Assembly (NCBI GenBank): GCA_965279375.1
Contig: OZ257156.1
Span: forward strand, 832,001-896,000
Source: Gemmatimonas sp.
Lineage (GTDB): Bacteria > Gemmatimonadota > Gemmatimonadetes > Gemmatimonadales > Gemmatimonadaceae
Length of the DNA stretch: 64,000 nucleotides
Reading direction: 5' to 3'
Under the pieces are notes generated by a model. That model made no database searches and had not been told where the DNA came from. It was given only the letters and a program-made list of their open reading frames with translations. Below are positions 26,430-37,704 of this stretch, one piece after another. Position 1 is the first letter of the stretch. Every line of letters begins with the position of its first letter. Both the position numbers and the translations under genes were made by a program.

Positions 26430-28799
26430 TTACGCAGCTTCCGTCTTTCGCGATAGCCCCGCCAGCAGCCCAGCCGTTGCCCAGAACGCGAACGAGGCGC
26501 CCAACGATAGCTCCAGCAGCACCGCCGCTCCGGCGTCGGCTTCGAGCGCGGCGCCCTTGGTGAGCTCCAGTTGACGTGCGATCAGCTGCTGCTTCGCGAA
26601 GTGCAGCGCGGTAATGGCGCGAACCTCGCGGTCGTACCGGAAGGGCCGACGGTTCAGCTGTCGGTCCAGCGCACTCTTGGGCTGCGACGCCGGGATGCCC
26701 GCGGCGTATCGCGCGTGCACTAGATCACCAAGATGTCTCAGACGAGCGTTCCACCAGAAGAGCACACCCTGCAGCATGAGGCCGTCGCCGGAGAAACCCT
26801 CGTCCAGGTCTCGGCGCTCGTTCTCCTGCATCCAGCTGCCGAGCGTGGTGTCGGGAGGAGCAGTACGTGCGAAGGCCACGACGACTGCCATGGCGCGCTC
26901 GGTCCGAGTGAACACACGGCCACTCATTGCCAGCGAGAGCAGTGCAACGTCATCAAGCTCGCGCGCGCCGACTGGAAGGCGCGATGTCGCCTGATCTGCG
27001 ATGGACGCTGCGTCAGCCGCAGGCGGATTCCGCCAGCGGTATACGTTCACCAGACTCACCGCGCTCGCATCGACGCTATCCAGCAGCGCGGAGGACCAGC
27101 CGCCCAACGGCTCAGGAGTCGCGCGTATCGCCTCTGAGAGCGCGTTGATCGAATCTGTGGAGACCGAGCTGAAAGTTCGCGCGCGCTCGCACCACCGCGT
27201 GATGTCACGATGCAGCGTATCGATCACGGCAGACCCAGTCTGGAGACAGAGCCGCGTGAGCGCCTCGGTGTATACGCTGTCGAGCGCTTGGTCCACGGCA
27301 TGCGTCGCCGTGTCCACGGTTGCCGCACTCGCGTCTGGGGACAGGTTATGCACCGGCGCAACGACGGCGGCCACGGCGCTGCTGATCGTCGAGTCTCTGG
27401 CCCATTCGGACACGGCCCGATAGCCGCGCTCTACTCGCGCTTCCTCGCCGCCTTTGAGCGGCGTGGACTGCAGCAGCGCGGCCTCCTTGAACGTGGCGAG
27501 AAATGAAAGCCGCTGCAGCAGACTGCTCCCTTCGAACGCGGACACCGCCAACGTCAGCGCCACCAGCGGCCAGAACTTCACCACATCGGCGCCGCGCCAG
27601 AAAAGCCACGCCGTCACCAGCAGCGCGAGCACCAACGACGCCACGAAGAGCGGCACCGGCGGCTGCGACAGCTTCCCCCACGTCACGAACACCAGCAGCA
27701 TCGCGACGGCAAACGACACGATCCCCCACACGCGAGGGAATCGCGATGGCGCGCGCAGGACCGGCGTCGCCACCGACAACACCACCAGCGGTGCCAGCCA
27801 GGTCAGGGTCGTCGCGGTGACGATATGCACCAGGCGTCCCATCTGCGTCGGGCTCGTTGCGAAGGGGCCGAGCGCAATCAGACCGAGCGCGAGGGAGAGT
27901 GTGACCGTCACCATGCCACTCTGTGATCGCCGCAATCGGCGCACGAGGATCGTGAGCATCACCGCCACCACGATCAGCAGCGCCACACCACCCCAGCGTC
28001 CTAGATGCGCCAACTGCTCCAGCGCTGACGCCATGACGATGGTCACGGGCCCCAGTGGATTTCCCGTGCCTGCGCCCTGCTCCGGCATCAACGTGTTGAA
28101 CGCCGGCGCATAGTCCTGCGGACGTGTGAGCAGCACCCAAATGGTCAGCGCGATGCGCGCGAGAATCACGTACGCAAGCGCAATCGCTGCGACCAGCACG
28201 AGTCCGCGCAACACTCGGCGGAGCGGCATGACGATCGACTGCAGCAACGGCGTGCGAGCAGTCGTCTGGTCCAGCGACACCGCGAGATCAACGTCGGTGT
28301 CGTACAGCATTCCCCACGCAGCAGCGGCACCAAGCACGGCCCACAGTCCGGCAAAAATCAGCAGCTGCCAGATTATATCGATGCCGTCCGCAATACCCGA
28401 AACAAAGAGTTCACTGACAAACTTCTCCGCCTCGCCGCCCGCGAGCAGCTTCACCACCTGTTCCGCGCCGGACACATACACCTCGAACACCGCCAACAAT
28501 ACGAGCAAGCCGAGTACGCGCCCGGGATCGATTGCCCCGCCGTGCGCGTGTCCCTCCGCGCGCTCGCGCACGGCTTCGATCATGTAGCTGGTGATGGACG
28601 CAGCCAGCAGACCGAGAAGAAACGTGACGGGTGACGCGTGCTTCGCCTGTGTTTCTTCACGCACCAGAACGAACGCAGCGAATCCCATCGCCACGCCGAA
28701 CGCGCCCATCAGGGCGGGAAAGGTGCGCGGCGATGAGGCGGGCTTCACCGGCGTTACGGAACGACTTTCGTGATGTTGAACAGGCTGTTGGTCCGCCAC
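26430..28799 (-). CDS. Hypothetical polytopic membrane protein
   Basis: 789-aa ORF filling the gap between same-strand genes; many hydrophobic segments, then a soluble domain and a C-terminal TM. Start uncertain. Confidence 0.65.
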   Translation of the reverse strand: MADQQPVQHHESRSVTPVKPASSPRTFPALMGAFGVAMGFAAFVLVREETQAKHASPVTFLLGLLAASITSYMIEAVRERAEGHAHGGAIDPGRVLGLLVLLAVFEVYVSGAEQVVKLLAGGEAEKFVSELFVSGIADGIDIIWQLLIFAGLWAVLGAAAAWGMLYDTDVDLAVSLDQTTARTPLLQSIVMPLRRVLRGLVLVAAIALAYVILARIALTIWVLLTRPQDYAPAFNTLMPEQGAGTGNPLGPVTIVMASALEQLAHLGRWGGVALLIVVAVMLTILVRRLRRSQSGMVTVTLSLALGLIALGPFATSPTQMGRLVHIVTATTLTWLAPLVVLSVATPVLRAPSRFPRVWGIVSFAVAMLLVFVTWGKLSQPPVPLFVASLVLALLVTAWLFWRGADVVKFWPLVALTLAVSAFEGSSLLQRLSFLATFKEAALLQSTPLKGGEEARVERGYRAVSEWARDSTISSAVAAVVAPVHNLSPDASAATVDTATHAVDQALDSVYTEALTRLCLQTGSAVIDTLHRDITRWCERARTFSSVSTDSINALSEAIRATPEPLGGWSSALLDSVDASAVSLVNVYRWRNPPAADAASIADQATSRLPVGARELDDVALLSLAMSGRVFTRTERAMAVVVAFARTAPPDTTLGSWMQENERRDLDEGFSGDGLMLQGVLFWWNARLRHLGDLVHARYAAGIPASQPKSALDRQLNRRPFRYDREVRAITALHFAKQQLIARQLELTKGAALEADAGAAVLLELSLGASFAFWATAGLLAGLSRKTEAA

Positions 28800-30331
28800 G
28801 CCGGTCGCGTCGCGCGATTCGCAACGCGCAGTGCCAACTCAGCGTACATCGCGTTGAACGCCGCCGCCGTCTCGAAGTTCACCGGCTGCGACGTATCGTC
28901 ACTCAGCTTGTGGTAGTGATCGCGCACCCAGTTGGTCCACGTCGTCGCGTCGGGCGTGCCGAGCGTGTAGCCAACCTTGAACGCGAGAGCTGGAATGCCC
29001 TGACGAATGAAGCTGTACTGATCGCTGCGCACGAAGCGATTCTCCTGCGGCTCCGCGTCCGGCATCACCTTGAGACCACGCGCGATCATCACCGCATCGA
29101 GATCGTCAGCAAGGTCCGACTCCTCGTAGCCGTAGGCGAACACGCCCTTGAGCGGAATCAGCGGGAGGAACATGTCCGTGTTGAGGTTGGCCACGATCTC
29201 GCCATTCTTGATCGACGGGTGCGCGGCGAAGTAGCGCGATCCCAGCAGTCCCTTCTCTTCCGCGGTCACCGCCACGAACGCCAGCGTGCGCTTGTTGCCG
29301 CCGCGCGCCGCAGCGAGTCGCGCCGTTTCGATCAGCGTCGCCGCGCCCGATGCGTTGTCCATCGCGCCGTTGAAGATGCTGTCGCCGGTGAGCGCAGGTC
29401 CCTTGAACGTGCCCACGTGATCGGAGTGCGCAGAGAAGACCACTACCTGATTGCGCAGCACCGGATCGGTGCCAGGCAGAATGCCCACCACATTCGGCGA
29501 CGTGAGCGCCTGCCGTACGGTGGGAATCACAGCACGCAACGAGCCCGTAAGCGGTGCAGCCGGTAGCGGATCGCCGCGCTTGGCGATGGCGAGCACGCTA
29601 TCCCAGACGATGCTGCTCCCCGCGAACAATCGAGCGGCGAGCGCCGGATTCATCGTGCCAGCAATGCGCTGGCCACGCGTATCATCCAACGTCGTGTCGG
29701 CCAGCGTGACGGTGGCGCCGCTGCGGTCAGTGACGTTGTCCGCCCACGCGTTGCCCGCCGCCACCGAGATGATCCCCACCGCGCCGGCGCGTCGCATGCT
29801 CTCCCACCGGGACCGAGAACCATGCGCCTGCAGCGTGGGACTCAGCCCCTTGGGCACGCCATTCACGTGCAGCACGATCTTTCCACGCAGGTCGAGCCCC
29901 GCCAGCTCATCGATGCCCGCCTGCGGCAACGTGAGCCCGTAACCCACGAATACGATCGGCGCGCTGACATCGCCGGTGGATGGACGCGCGGTCAGTCGCA
30001 GATCACGGCCCAGCGTGAGCGGTGCCCATGCATCGCCTTCGCGCAGTGCCAGCGTCACGCGCTCCGTATCGAGTCGCGTGCTGACGAAACTCACTCGCTG
30101 AAAGAAGCCGTCAGTTCCCGCGGGCTTGAGCCCGGCCTGTTTGAACTGGTCGGCGATGTAGCGCGTCGCGCTCTCGTGGCCAGGACTGCCCGTGTCCCGG
30201 CCCTTGAGCGAATCGTCGGCCAACACCTGCACGTGGCGCCACCACCCTTCTGCGGGCGACTGCGCGGTGAGTAACGACGGCGCTGCGGCAACGGCCAGCA
30301 GCGCGGCAAGGAACGACGTGTATGTGCGCAT
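28754..30331 (-). CDS. M28 family metallopeptidase with PA domain
   Basis: LADD...GRDTGSPG, VFVGYG, SAHSDHVG, NGAMDNASG, TAEEKGLLGS, N.DM, RSDQYSF, YHKLSD. Confidence 0.93.
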   Translation of the reverse strand: MRTYTSFLAALLAVAAAPSLLTAQSPAEGWWRHVQVLADDSLKGRDTGSPGHESATRYIADQFKQAGLKPAGTDGFFQRVSFVSTRLDTERVTLALREGDAWAPLTLGRDLRLTARPSTGDVSAPIVFVGYGLTLPQAGIDELAGLDLRGKIVLHVNGVPKGLSPTLQAHGSRSRWESMRRAGAVGIISVAAGNAWADNVTDRSGATVTLADTTLDDTRGQRIAGTMNPALAARLFAGSSIVWDSVLAIAKRGDPLPAAPLTGSLRAVIPTVRQALTSPNVVGILPGTDPVLRNQVVVFSAHSDHVGTFKGPALTGDSIFNGAMDNASGAATLIETARLAAARGGNKRTLAFVAVTAEEKGLLGSRYFAAHPSIKNGEIVANLNTDMFLPLIPLKGVFAYGYEESDLADDLDAVMIARGLKVMPDAEPQENRFVRSDQYSFIRQGIPALAFKVGYTLGTPDATTWTNWVRDHYHKLSDDTSQPVNFETAAAFNAMYAELALRVANRATRPAWRTNSLFNITKVVP

Positions 30332-30368
30332 ACGCAGAATTGGCACGCCGCGAGAACCGCTCGCAAGA

Positions 30369-32774
30369 TCAGCCGTTGCCGCGCACCCCGCCGGCGTTCC
30401 GCGTCTTCCAGCCAGCCAGCTGCTGTCCAACGGGCAACTCCCGCACGCGAACTCCGGTCGCGGCGAATATCGCATTCGCGATCGCGCCACCTGCCGGCGG
30501 CACACCCGGTTCGCCAATGCCGCCCGGTAAGCCTTCGCTGGGCACGAGGTGCACATCCACCACATGCGGCGCGGCGCGCATACGTGTCACCGTGTAGTCA
30601 CGGAAGTTCGACTGCACCGCCTTGCCGTCGGCGAAATTCATCTCGCTCGAGAGCACGTTGCTCATCGCCATGATCAGCGCGCCCTCCATCTGCGACTTGG
30701 CGCGATCCGGATTGGCAATGAAGCCGGCATCCACCGCCACCGTGGTGCGCGGCACCAGCACAGTACCGTCTGGTGCAACGTCAACCTCGACGACCATCGC
30801 CACATACGACAGAAAGCTGCGGTGAATCGCGATGCCGCGTCCCTTGCCACGTGGCAACGCTGCGCCGCGCCATCCGCTCTTCTCGATAGCCAACTCCACC
30901 ACTCGGCGCGCACGCGCTGTATCCAGCGGATGATCGGTCCAGGTTGCGCCGTAGTTGCTCGCCGGCGCAACCAGTCCTGCCTTGGACAGATCCACCACGC
31001 GATCGCGCCCGATCAGCGACAGCAGAAAGTCGGCGGAGTCCTTGCCCGCAGCGTTCGCCAACTCGTCCACGAATGAACCGATCGCGAAGCCGTGATGAAT
31101 CGCGTTCACGCTCCGATACCAGCCGATACGCGTGCGCGCGACCGCCGGACAGATCTCGATGCTCATGTTCGGAATGTCGAACGGGATGTCGCTCGCACCG
31201 TTCGTGAGCTCGTCCGGCTCAGCACCGGTCACATTAGGCGCAAAGGTCGCGCCAATGGCGGGATATGCCGAACGATGCAGCCATGACGTGACGTTGCCTT
31301 TCGCATCGAGTCCTGCCTCGAGTCGATGCCCGGCGACGGAGTGCAGATACGAGTTCCGCAGATCGTCTTCGCGCGTCCACTGCACGCGAACCGGCGCACC
31401 CGCTTCGCGCGAGAGAAATGCGGCCTCGCAGATGAAGTCAGGCTTGGACTTTCTCCCAAAGCCTCCGCCCAGCAACGTCACGTTCACCTTCACGTTGGCG
31501 ACGTCCAGCTTGAGGTACTCCGCGACGGTCTTGCGCGCATCCATCGGCGACTGCGTCGGCGCCCACACTTCCACTTTACCGTTCGCGACGTTCGCAAGCG
31601 CGGCCACGGGCTCCATCTGCGCGTGCGCCAGGTGCGGCATGTAGTACTCGGCGGTCACACGCTTGGACGCCGCTGCCATCGCCTTGGGCACGTTGCCAGT
31701 CGCTCGCCCTGCCTTGCCCGGCTTCCGCACCGCGGCGTAGAGCGACGCCTTGTATGCCTTGCTCTCGTACGTGGCATTGGGTCCGCCACTCCACGTGATC
31801 TTGAGCGCATCGCGCCCCTTGATCGCGGCCCACGTGTTCTTCGCGACAACTGCCACGCCACCCAACGGCAGAAACGCGCCCGGCAGCGGCGACTCGGGGA
31901 TGCGAATCACACGCTCCACACCCGGCACCTTGAGCGCGAGCGAATCATCCACGCTCACCACCTTGCCTCCCCACACCGGCGGACGAGCGATCACCGCCAC
32001 CTTCATACCGGGGAGGGTCATGTCGGCGCCGTACATCGCCGTGCCGGTCGTCATCGGCACCAGATCGATCGAGCGCATCGCCTTGCCTTCCCACCGACGC
32101 TCACTCGGCGACTTGATGCGCACGCGCGTCTTCGCCGGCATCGGCATCGTGCGCGCTGTTGCCACCAACGCGCCGAACGCTTTCGTGCGACCGCTCGCCG
32201 TGTGCACCACTTCGCCGTTGCGCGCCTTCACGTCCGCGGCAGCAACGCCCCACTCCTTGGCGGCCGCGTCTTCCAGCAGTGCGCGTACCGTGGCACCGGC
32301 CTCGCGATACTTCGACAGGAAGTCGCGCACACTCGTGGAACCGTCGGTGTTCTGGCTGCCGTACTTCGGTTCGTCGCCGTGTGCCTGCTCCACACGGCAC
32401 TTGGTCCAGTCGGCTTCCATCTCGTCGGCGATGATCATCGGCATCGTGGTACGAATGCCCTGCCCCATCTCCGAGCGATGACAGAAGATCGTGACGATGC
32501 CGTCCTCTCCGACACGAACGTACACGTGTGGCTCCCACGGATCAGCGAACGCATCAGCGGGTGCGCCTTCCGCGGCGAGACGACGCACGCCGAGCGTGCT
32601 GGCGGCGATCAAGAGGCCGCCTGCGCCCAGCAGCTTGAGCACGTCGCGACGATGCGTTAAACCAGCGGGAGATTCGGCGCGATCGCTCGTCGCCTGCTGC
32701 TGCCCCATCGCCGAGTCGAGATCTGTGGTTGCCTGCGCGGTCGAGATCCAGGGCAGTCGCGTTGGCGCGCTCAT
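30369..32774 (-). CDS. Xanthine dehydrogenase family molybdopterin-binding subunit (IorB-like), Tat-exported
   Basis: Tat motif [49 protein letters not shown]...[15 protein letters not shown]. Confidence 0.93.
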   Translation of the reverse strand: MSAPTRLPWISTAQATTDLDSAMGQQQATSDRAESPAGLTHRRDVLKLLGAGGLLIAASTLGVRRLAAEGAPADAFADPWEPHVYVRVGEDGIVTIFCHRSEMGQGIRTTMPMIIADEMEADWTKCRVEQAHGDEPKYGSQNTDGSTSVRDFLSKYREAGATVRALLEDAAAKEWGVAAADVKARNGEVVHTASGRTKAFGALVATARTMPMPAKTRVRIKSPSERRWEGKAMRSIDLVPMTTGTAMYGADMTLPGMKVAVIARPPVWGGKVVSVDDSLALKVPGVERVIRIPESPLPGAFLPLGGVAVVAKNTWAAIKGRDALKITWSGGPNATYESKAYKASLYAAVRKPGKAGRATGNVPKAMAAASKRVTAEYYMPHLAHAQMEPVAALANVANGKVEVWAPTQSPMDARKTVAEYLKLDVANVKVNVTLLGGGFGRKSKPDFICEAAFLSREAGAPVRVQWTREDDLRNSYLHSVAGHRLEAGLDAKGNVTSWLHRSAYPAIGATFAPNVTGAEPDELTNGASDIPFDIPNMSIEICPAVARTRIGWYRSVNAIHHGFAIGSFVDELANAAGKDSADFLLSLIGRDRVVDLSKAGLVAPASNYGATWTDHPLDTARARRVVELAIEKSGWRGAALPRGKGRGIAIHRSFLSYVAMVVEVDVAPDGTVLVPRTTVAVDAGFIANPDRAKSQMEGALIMAMSNVLSSEMNFADGKAVQSNFRDYTVTRMRAAPHVVDVHLVPSEGLPGGIGEPGVPPAGGAIANAIFAATGVRVRELPVGQQLAGWKTRNAGGVRGNG

Positions 32775-33322
32775 GGCATCTTCTCCGCAGCGGCCTTGAT
32801 CGCCGCACGAATCCGTGGGTACGTACCGCAGCGACAGATGTGCCCGTTCATCGCCGCATCGATGTCGTTGTCGCCCGGCTTCGCGTTGCGCGCCAGCAGC
32901 CCTGCGGCCTGCATGATCTGTCCGCTCTGACAGAAGCCGCATTGCGGCACGTCGATGTCGCGCCAAGCCACCTGCAGCGGATGCTCACCGCTGGGGTGCA
33001 GTCCTTCGATCGTCGTGACGTTCGCTCCGCTCAGCGTCTGCATGCGTCGCTGGCAGGCCCGCGTCGGTGTGCCGTTCACGTGTACCGTGCACGCGCCGCA
33101 CTGCGAGATGCCGCAGCCATACTTGGTGCCGGTCAACGCGAGATCGTCGCGCAGAAACCAAAGCAGCGGCATCATCGGGTCGCCGTCGTACGTGCGACTC
33201 TTGCCATTGACGGTGAGACTGACTGCGATCGTCGTGGGGGCGGCGTGCGCGTCGGTCGACGACGCGACGGGACTGTGAACGTCAGGCGTCACGGACTGCT
33301 CCGGAGGGAGTGGATGCGGCAC
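32771..33322 (-). CDS. 2Fe-2S small subunit (IorA-like)
   Basis: [34 protein letters not shown] overlap with the large subunit. Confidence 0.95.
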   Translation of the reverse strand: MPHPLPPEQSVTPDVHSPVASSTDAHAAPTTIAVSLTVNGKSRTYDGDPMMPLLWFLRDDLALTGTKYGCGISQCGACTVHVNGTPTRACQRRMQTLSGANVTTIEGLHPSGEHPLQVAWRDIDVPQCGFCQSGQIMQAAGLLARNAKPGDNDIDAAMNGHICRCGTYPRIRAAIKAAAEKMP

Positions 33323-33385
33323 GCACCGTCGGTGCAGGCCGCTCGCGAATCTGCACCAGCCTAACGACTCTGGCTACTTCACTGG

Positions 33386-34330
33386 CTACTTCGCCGTCCA
33401 GAATGGATCGGTGGTGGGTACGGCTTGCGTCTTGATGCCGGGAAGGAGCGGCTGCAGCCAACGCACCAGCTCATCCGAACCGGCCTGCTCCGACGGAACA
33501 TGCCCAAGCACAATCAAGGCCTTCTTGCGTCCCTGCGAGATCAGATCGGCCGCATAGGGAACCGTCTCCCATTCACGCGCCTCGCCGATGATGACGACCT
33601 CGACATCATCGCGCACGAGCATCGAGCGATGCATGTCGAAACCGGAGGCACCCGGCAGATAGGCCACGCGCGTCACGCGCAGATCGCGATCCCCCACGAC
33701 CCGCACCGACTGCGCGCGGAGTGCCTTACCGACCGATGCAGCGAGCGCTCCTACGGTGGTAGACGGTACAGTGACGACCGGCTGGCTTGGCTGCTGCTGG
33801 TAGTTCGTCCAGCCTAGCTCGCGGAAGACACCCGCCACGACAGGATCCACCGCTCGCGCCGGGAAGTGCCAGTGATCGTGCAGGCGAAACACCACCAGGT
33901 GATGCTCGCGAATGAACGCGCGCTTGGCCGCGGTGACCGGATCACGCGACAGCTCGAGGCCGGTGAGCCTGTCCTCGTGCGAGTAGAACGTCGGTTCGTG
34001 CGTGATGATGAGATTGAGCCCACTGGCCGCCGCGCGTTGCAACACGTCCATCGTGGCCATCATCGTCACCGCCACACCCGTCACCGGCGTGTTTGGATCG
34101 CCATCCTTGAAGCTGTCGATGCCCGTATCAGACCACGTGCCCTTGAGCTCTGCCTTGATGCGATCCATCACCTGCAGCGCGGACATCGGTGCGGACGTTC
34201 CTGCTGCGGCCTTCGTGCCCGACGGCGTACCTGACTGCGCGCGCACAGCTCGCATCGGCGCGTGCAATGCGAACGCACCAAGCGCCAGCGCGATCACACC
34301 CCGCATCTGAATTCGCGTCGGAGTCCGCAT
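33386..34330 (-). CDS. NIF3-like dinuclear metal centre protein with signal peptide
   Basis: D.FK.GDP...VTG.A, IITHEPTFY, RLHDHWH, IIGE..EWE, LGHVPSEQAG. Confidence 0.85.
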   Translation of the reverse strand: MRTPTRIQMRGVIALALGAFALHAPMRAVRAQSGTPSGTKAAAGTSAPMSALQVMDRIKAELKGTWSDTGIDSFKDGDPNTPVTGVAVTMMATMDVLQRAAASGLNLIITHEPTFYSHEDRLTGLELSRDPVTAAKRAFIREHHLVVFRLHDHWHFPARAVDPVVAGVFRELGWTNYQQQPSQPVVTVPSTTVGALAASVGKALRAQSVRVVGDRDLRVTRVAYLPGASGFDMHRSMLVRDDVEVVIIGEAREWETVPYAADLISQGRKKALIVLGHVPSEQAGSDELVRWLQPLLPGIKTQAVPTTDPFWTAK

Positions 34331-34334
34331 GTCG

Positions 34335-35198
34335 CTACGCCGGCCCGGTCGCCACCGGCGTATCCGTCGCACTCCCCCACTCGGTCCAGCTGCCGTCAAA
34401 CACCGCCGTGTCGTGCGCGCCAAGCACATCGAGCGCGAGCACCACCGCACACGCCGTCACCCCCGTGCCGCAACTGGCCACGATCGGACGCGTCAGATCG
34501 AGTCCCGCATCCGCAATGATGCCTCGCAGCGCATCCGCATCACGCAGCGTGCCGTCGGCGTTCACCAGCGACGCGTAGTGCACGTTGACGCTACCCGGGA
34601 TATGACCACCGCGCACACCGGCTCGTGGTTCCGCCTCGGTGCCCTGAAAGCGACCCGGCGACCGTGCATCCACGACCTGCGCCGTGCGCGATGAGAGATT
34701 CGCCTTCATTGCCGCAATGTCGCGCACACGGTCCGCGTGCAGCGTGGCGCTGAACGTCGCGGGCACCACCGGCGCGATCTCCGCCGTCACTGCGCGGCCC
34801 TCGGCGCGCCACTTGAGCAGACCGCCATCCAGCAGCGCAACGTTCGTGTGTCCGAACGTACGCAGCATCCACCACAGGCGCGGCGCGCTGAAGTTCTGCC
34901 CCGACGTGTCATAAACCACCACGTCGTCACCGCTGCCGATTCCTAACGCTCCAATGCGATCAGCGAAGGCCGCGGCGCCGAGCAGTGTGTGCGGAAAGGG
35001 CGCCGACTCATCGCTCAGCCACGCGAAGTCCGCGAACACCGCCCCGGGAATGTGCGCCGCGTCGTACTCGGCGCGCGAGTTGCGGTTGGCGTTGGGGAGA
35101 TACATGCTCGCGTCCACGACGCGCAGACGCGGGCGGCCGAGCTGTTCAGCAAGCCAGCTCGTCGATACGAGCGGCGTGGGGAGTGCGAGATTGGACAT
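34335..35198 (-). CDS. sseA: 3-mercaptopyruvate sulfurtransferase / rhodanese
   Basis: LVST.WL, HIPGA, RLWWML, LDGG, DARSPGRF.G, GHIPG, CGTGVTA active loop, DGSWTEW. Confidence 0.93.
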   Translation of the reverse strand: MSNLALPTPLVSTSWLAEQLGRPRLRVVDASMYLPNANRNSRAEYDAAHIPGAVFADFAWLSDESAPFPHTLLGAAAFADRIGALGIGSGDDVVVYDTSGQNFSAPRLWWMLRTFGHTNVALLDGGLLKWRAEGRAVTAEIAPVVPATFSATLHADRVRDIAAMKANLSSRTAQVVDARSPGRFQGTEAEPRAGVRGGHIPGSVNVHYASLVNADGTLRDADALRGIIADAGLDLTRPIVASCGTGVTACAVVLALDVLGAHDTAVFDGSWTEWGSATDTPVATGPA

Positions 35199-35244
35199 GC
35201 AGTGGATATACGACGCCGGTGCGTGACCGTGCAACCGTCGCGTG

Positions 35245-35718
35245 CTACTCCGCGCGCACCCACGTCTGCGACCGACCGATCAGCGAGAAGCCGATGAATC
35301 CACGCAACACCAGCTTCTTCCCGCCATCGGCCAGCTTGATCTTGGCCTTGTAGACCTTGCCTGTATCCGGATCGAGCACTTCACCGCCAGTCCATTCGTC
35401 GCCATTGGCGCGCAGCCCTGTAAGAATGTCCATCCCCTCGATGGGTTTGCCTTTTCGCGCGCCGGGACACTTGTCGCAGGTCGCATTGACCGGCTCATCC
35501 TTGCGCAGCGTCCCTCGCGCCGTGCCGATGAAGACTCCCTTCTCCTCGCGAATCTCCACGATGCCGCGTGGCTTTCCGTCTACGTCGCTGATGGTATGCC
35601 ACATACCCACGGGGGAGGACAGCTTGCTCCCTTGCGCCAGCGCGCCGCGCAGCGGGACCACGGCAAGGCTAGCTGCCAGCAGCAGCGTTCGGACGACAGC
35701 GGCAACCGGACGGGGCAT
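35245..35718 (-). CDS. DUF2147 family secreted protein
   Basis: G.W.TI.D..G, CDKC, PIEG..I, W.GG..LDP.TGKVY, RGFIG..L.GRSQTW.R. Confidence 0.88.
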   Translation of the reverse strand: MPRPVAAVVRTLLLAASLAVVPLRGALAQGSKLSSPVGMWHTISDVDGKPRGIVEIREEKGVFIGTARGTLRKDEPVNATCDKCPGARKGKPIEGMDILTGLRANGDEWTGGEVLDPDTGKVYKAKIKLADGGKKLVLRGFIGFSLIGRSQTWVRAE

Positions 35719-35870
35719 GAGACTCGACAAGAGGGTTTGAAGGACGCAGCTACGACACACCGATCTATCAACGACAGGTTCTACGCTGCAACATAGGAAG
35801 GGTTTCGCCAACGCCATGCGGATCACGTCAGACGAGACACGCACCACTTCCAAGCGTACGGAGCACACGG

Positions 35871-37184
35871 ATGCCGATTGATCGACGCGAGCTGCTGGGC
35901 GCGCTGGGTGGACTCGCCGCGTCACGCGCACTCGGCTTGTCCGGGCAAGGCGTACTGCATACCGGCTCGATACTTACACACCGCGACACGGCCGATCGTT
36001 TCGCCGACGCCGTGATGCCGGGCGCGCGTGCCGAGTTTCCTCGCAAGGACGACTTCGCCATCGACGCCGGTGTCACGTTCTTGAACGCCGCCTATACACA
36101 CCCGGTTCCGAAGGTCGCCGTCCAGGCCGCACGCCGCGGCGCCGAATGGCGGGGCACGATGCGCGCCACCATGGACGTACCCGCCGCACCGAGCCCCAAG
36201 GAGCTGTTCGCGAAGCTCATCAACGCCAAGCCGTCGGAGATTGCGCACGTTTCGAGCACGAGCGCAGGAGAGAATCTGGTGATGCGCGCGTTACAGCTCG
36301 ATCACCGCTTCGACGGCAATGTCGTCACGGATGGGCTCCATTTCGAAGGCGCGCTCATGCATCTCGACGCACTGCGTCAACGCGGACTCGACGTGCGCGT
36401 GGTCCAGCCCACGACAGATGCCCGCATCGACCTCAAGGAGCTCGAGCGGCGCATCGATCGCAAGACGCGGCTCGTACAGATCAGCGCAACCGCGAGCTAC
36501 AACGGCTTCCAGCACGATCTCAAGGCCGTCGCCGATCTCGCTCACGCGCACGGCGCACTCGTGTACGCGGACATCGTGCACGCTGCCGGCGCGGAGCCGC
36601 TCGATGTGCAAACGTGCGACATCGACTTCGCCGCCTGCTCGAGCTTCAAATGGCTCATGGCAGACTTCGGACTTGGCTTTCTGTACGCGCGCGAACGCAC
36701 GTGGGATCGCCTCACCCGCCCGGTCGTCGGCTACTATCAGGCCGCCGACATCGACGCGAACTATCCGCCCAATCTGCCGTCGGGCGCATACGTCCCGGTG
36801 CAGTACTCGTTCAATCGCAGCGCGAGTGGTTTCTTCGAAATGGGATCACTCACAGGACGCCCCGAAGCGGGCGTTGCGCTCCTTGCCAGCTCACTGAGCT
36901 ACTTGCTCGCACTCGGCGTGCACAACATCGCCGCCCATCGGCAGCCGCTCATCGACAAGCTGCGTCTGGAAATGCCGCGACTCGGCTTTCAGTCGGCCAC
37001 GCCAGCGAACTCCACCAGCGGCATCATCACCTTCACCAAGCGCGGACTGGCCGAGTCGGATGTGGCCAAGCGCCTCGCCGCCGCGAAGATCAACCTGCGG
37101 TTAACCCCGCACTGGCTGCGCGTGTCGCCGTCTGTCTACAACGACATGGCCGACGTCGAGCGCCTGCTCGAGGCGCTCGCGTAA
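35871..37184 (+). CDS. Aminotransferase class V (cysteine desulfurase-like), Tat signal
   Basis: DRRELL Tat motif; FLNAA, NGF, ADIVHAAGA, SSFKWL (PLP Lys), LRVSPSVYN. Confidence 0.85.
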   Translation: MPIDRRELLGALGGLAASRALGLSGQGVLHTGSILTHRDTADRFADAVMPGARAEFPRKDDFAIDAGVTFLNAAYTHPVPKVAVQAARRGAEWRGTMRATMDVPAAPSPKELFAKLINAKPSEIAHVSSTSAGENLVMRALQLDHRFDGNVVTDGLHFEGALMHLDALRQRGLDVRVVQPTTDARIDLKELERRIDRKTRLVQISATASYNGFQHDLKAVADLAHAHGALVYADIVHAAGAEPLDVQTCDIDFAACSSFKWLMADFGLGFLYARERTWDRLTRPVVGYYQAADIDANYPPNLPSGAYVPVQYSFNRSASGFFEMGSLTGRPEAGVALLASSLSYLLALGVHNIAAHRQPLIDKLRLEMPRLGFQSATPANSTSGIITFTKRGLAESDVAKRLAAAKINLRLTPHWLRVSPSVYNDMADVERLLEALA

Positions 37185-37195
37185 CACAACGCGCA

Positions 37196-37597
37196 TCATG
37201 GCTTACCGATGAGTGCTCGCACACGCGCATCGCGGATATAGAGCGCCAGCCACATCACCGTCGCGAAGTAGACGGGAGACAGGATGTGTGTGAAGAATGG
37301 GTTCTGCACCCGCACGTGGGTCGCCACCGCACCGCCGAAGTACGCGGTCCACAGCAGTGCACCAAACGGCGCGGTACGCGGGATCAGCAACAGCAGCAGG
37401 CAGACCGCTTCAATGACCGCGATCGGTGCAAGAACGCCCGCTGGATAGCCAAGTTGCATCGTGCCATCGATCGCCTCCTTGGAAGAGGAGAGCTTCATGC
37501 TGGCGTCGAACGCCAGAAAGACGACAACAAGGCCGAAGAGGACGCGACCCGTCCATTGCGCGGTGCGCGAGCTGAGCAATCCTGGCGTGTTTGACAT
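37196..37597 (-). CDS. DoxX family membrane protein
   Basis: K......LGY, E......PRT..GA.L.TAY.GGAVATH.R pattern. Confidence 0.85.
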   Translation of the reverse strand: MSNTPGLLSSRTAQWTGRVLFGLVVVFLAFDASMKLSSSKEAIDGTMQLGYPAGVLAPIAVIEAVCLLLLLIPRTAPFGALLWTAYFGGAVATHVRVQNPFFTHILSPVYFATVMWLALYIRDARVRALIGKP

Positions 37598-37704
37598 GAT
37601 CCAGCGGTGTCGGTGAGGAGAGTGCGAGTGCGAGAATCGGCACTGCACCGCTTTGACCTCATTCCACCCGCGAAATCATCGGTCGCGCGCGACACTGACC
37701 GCGA

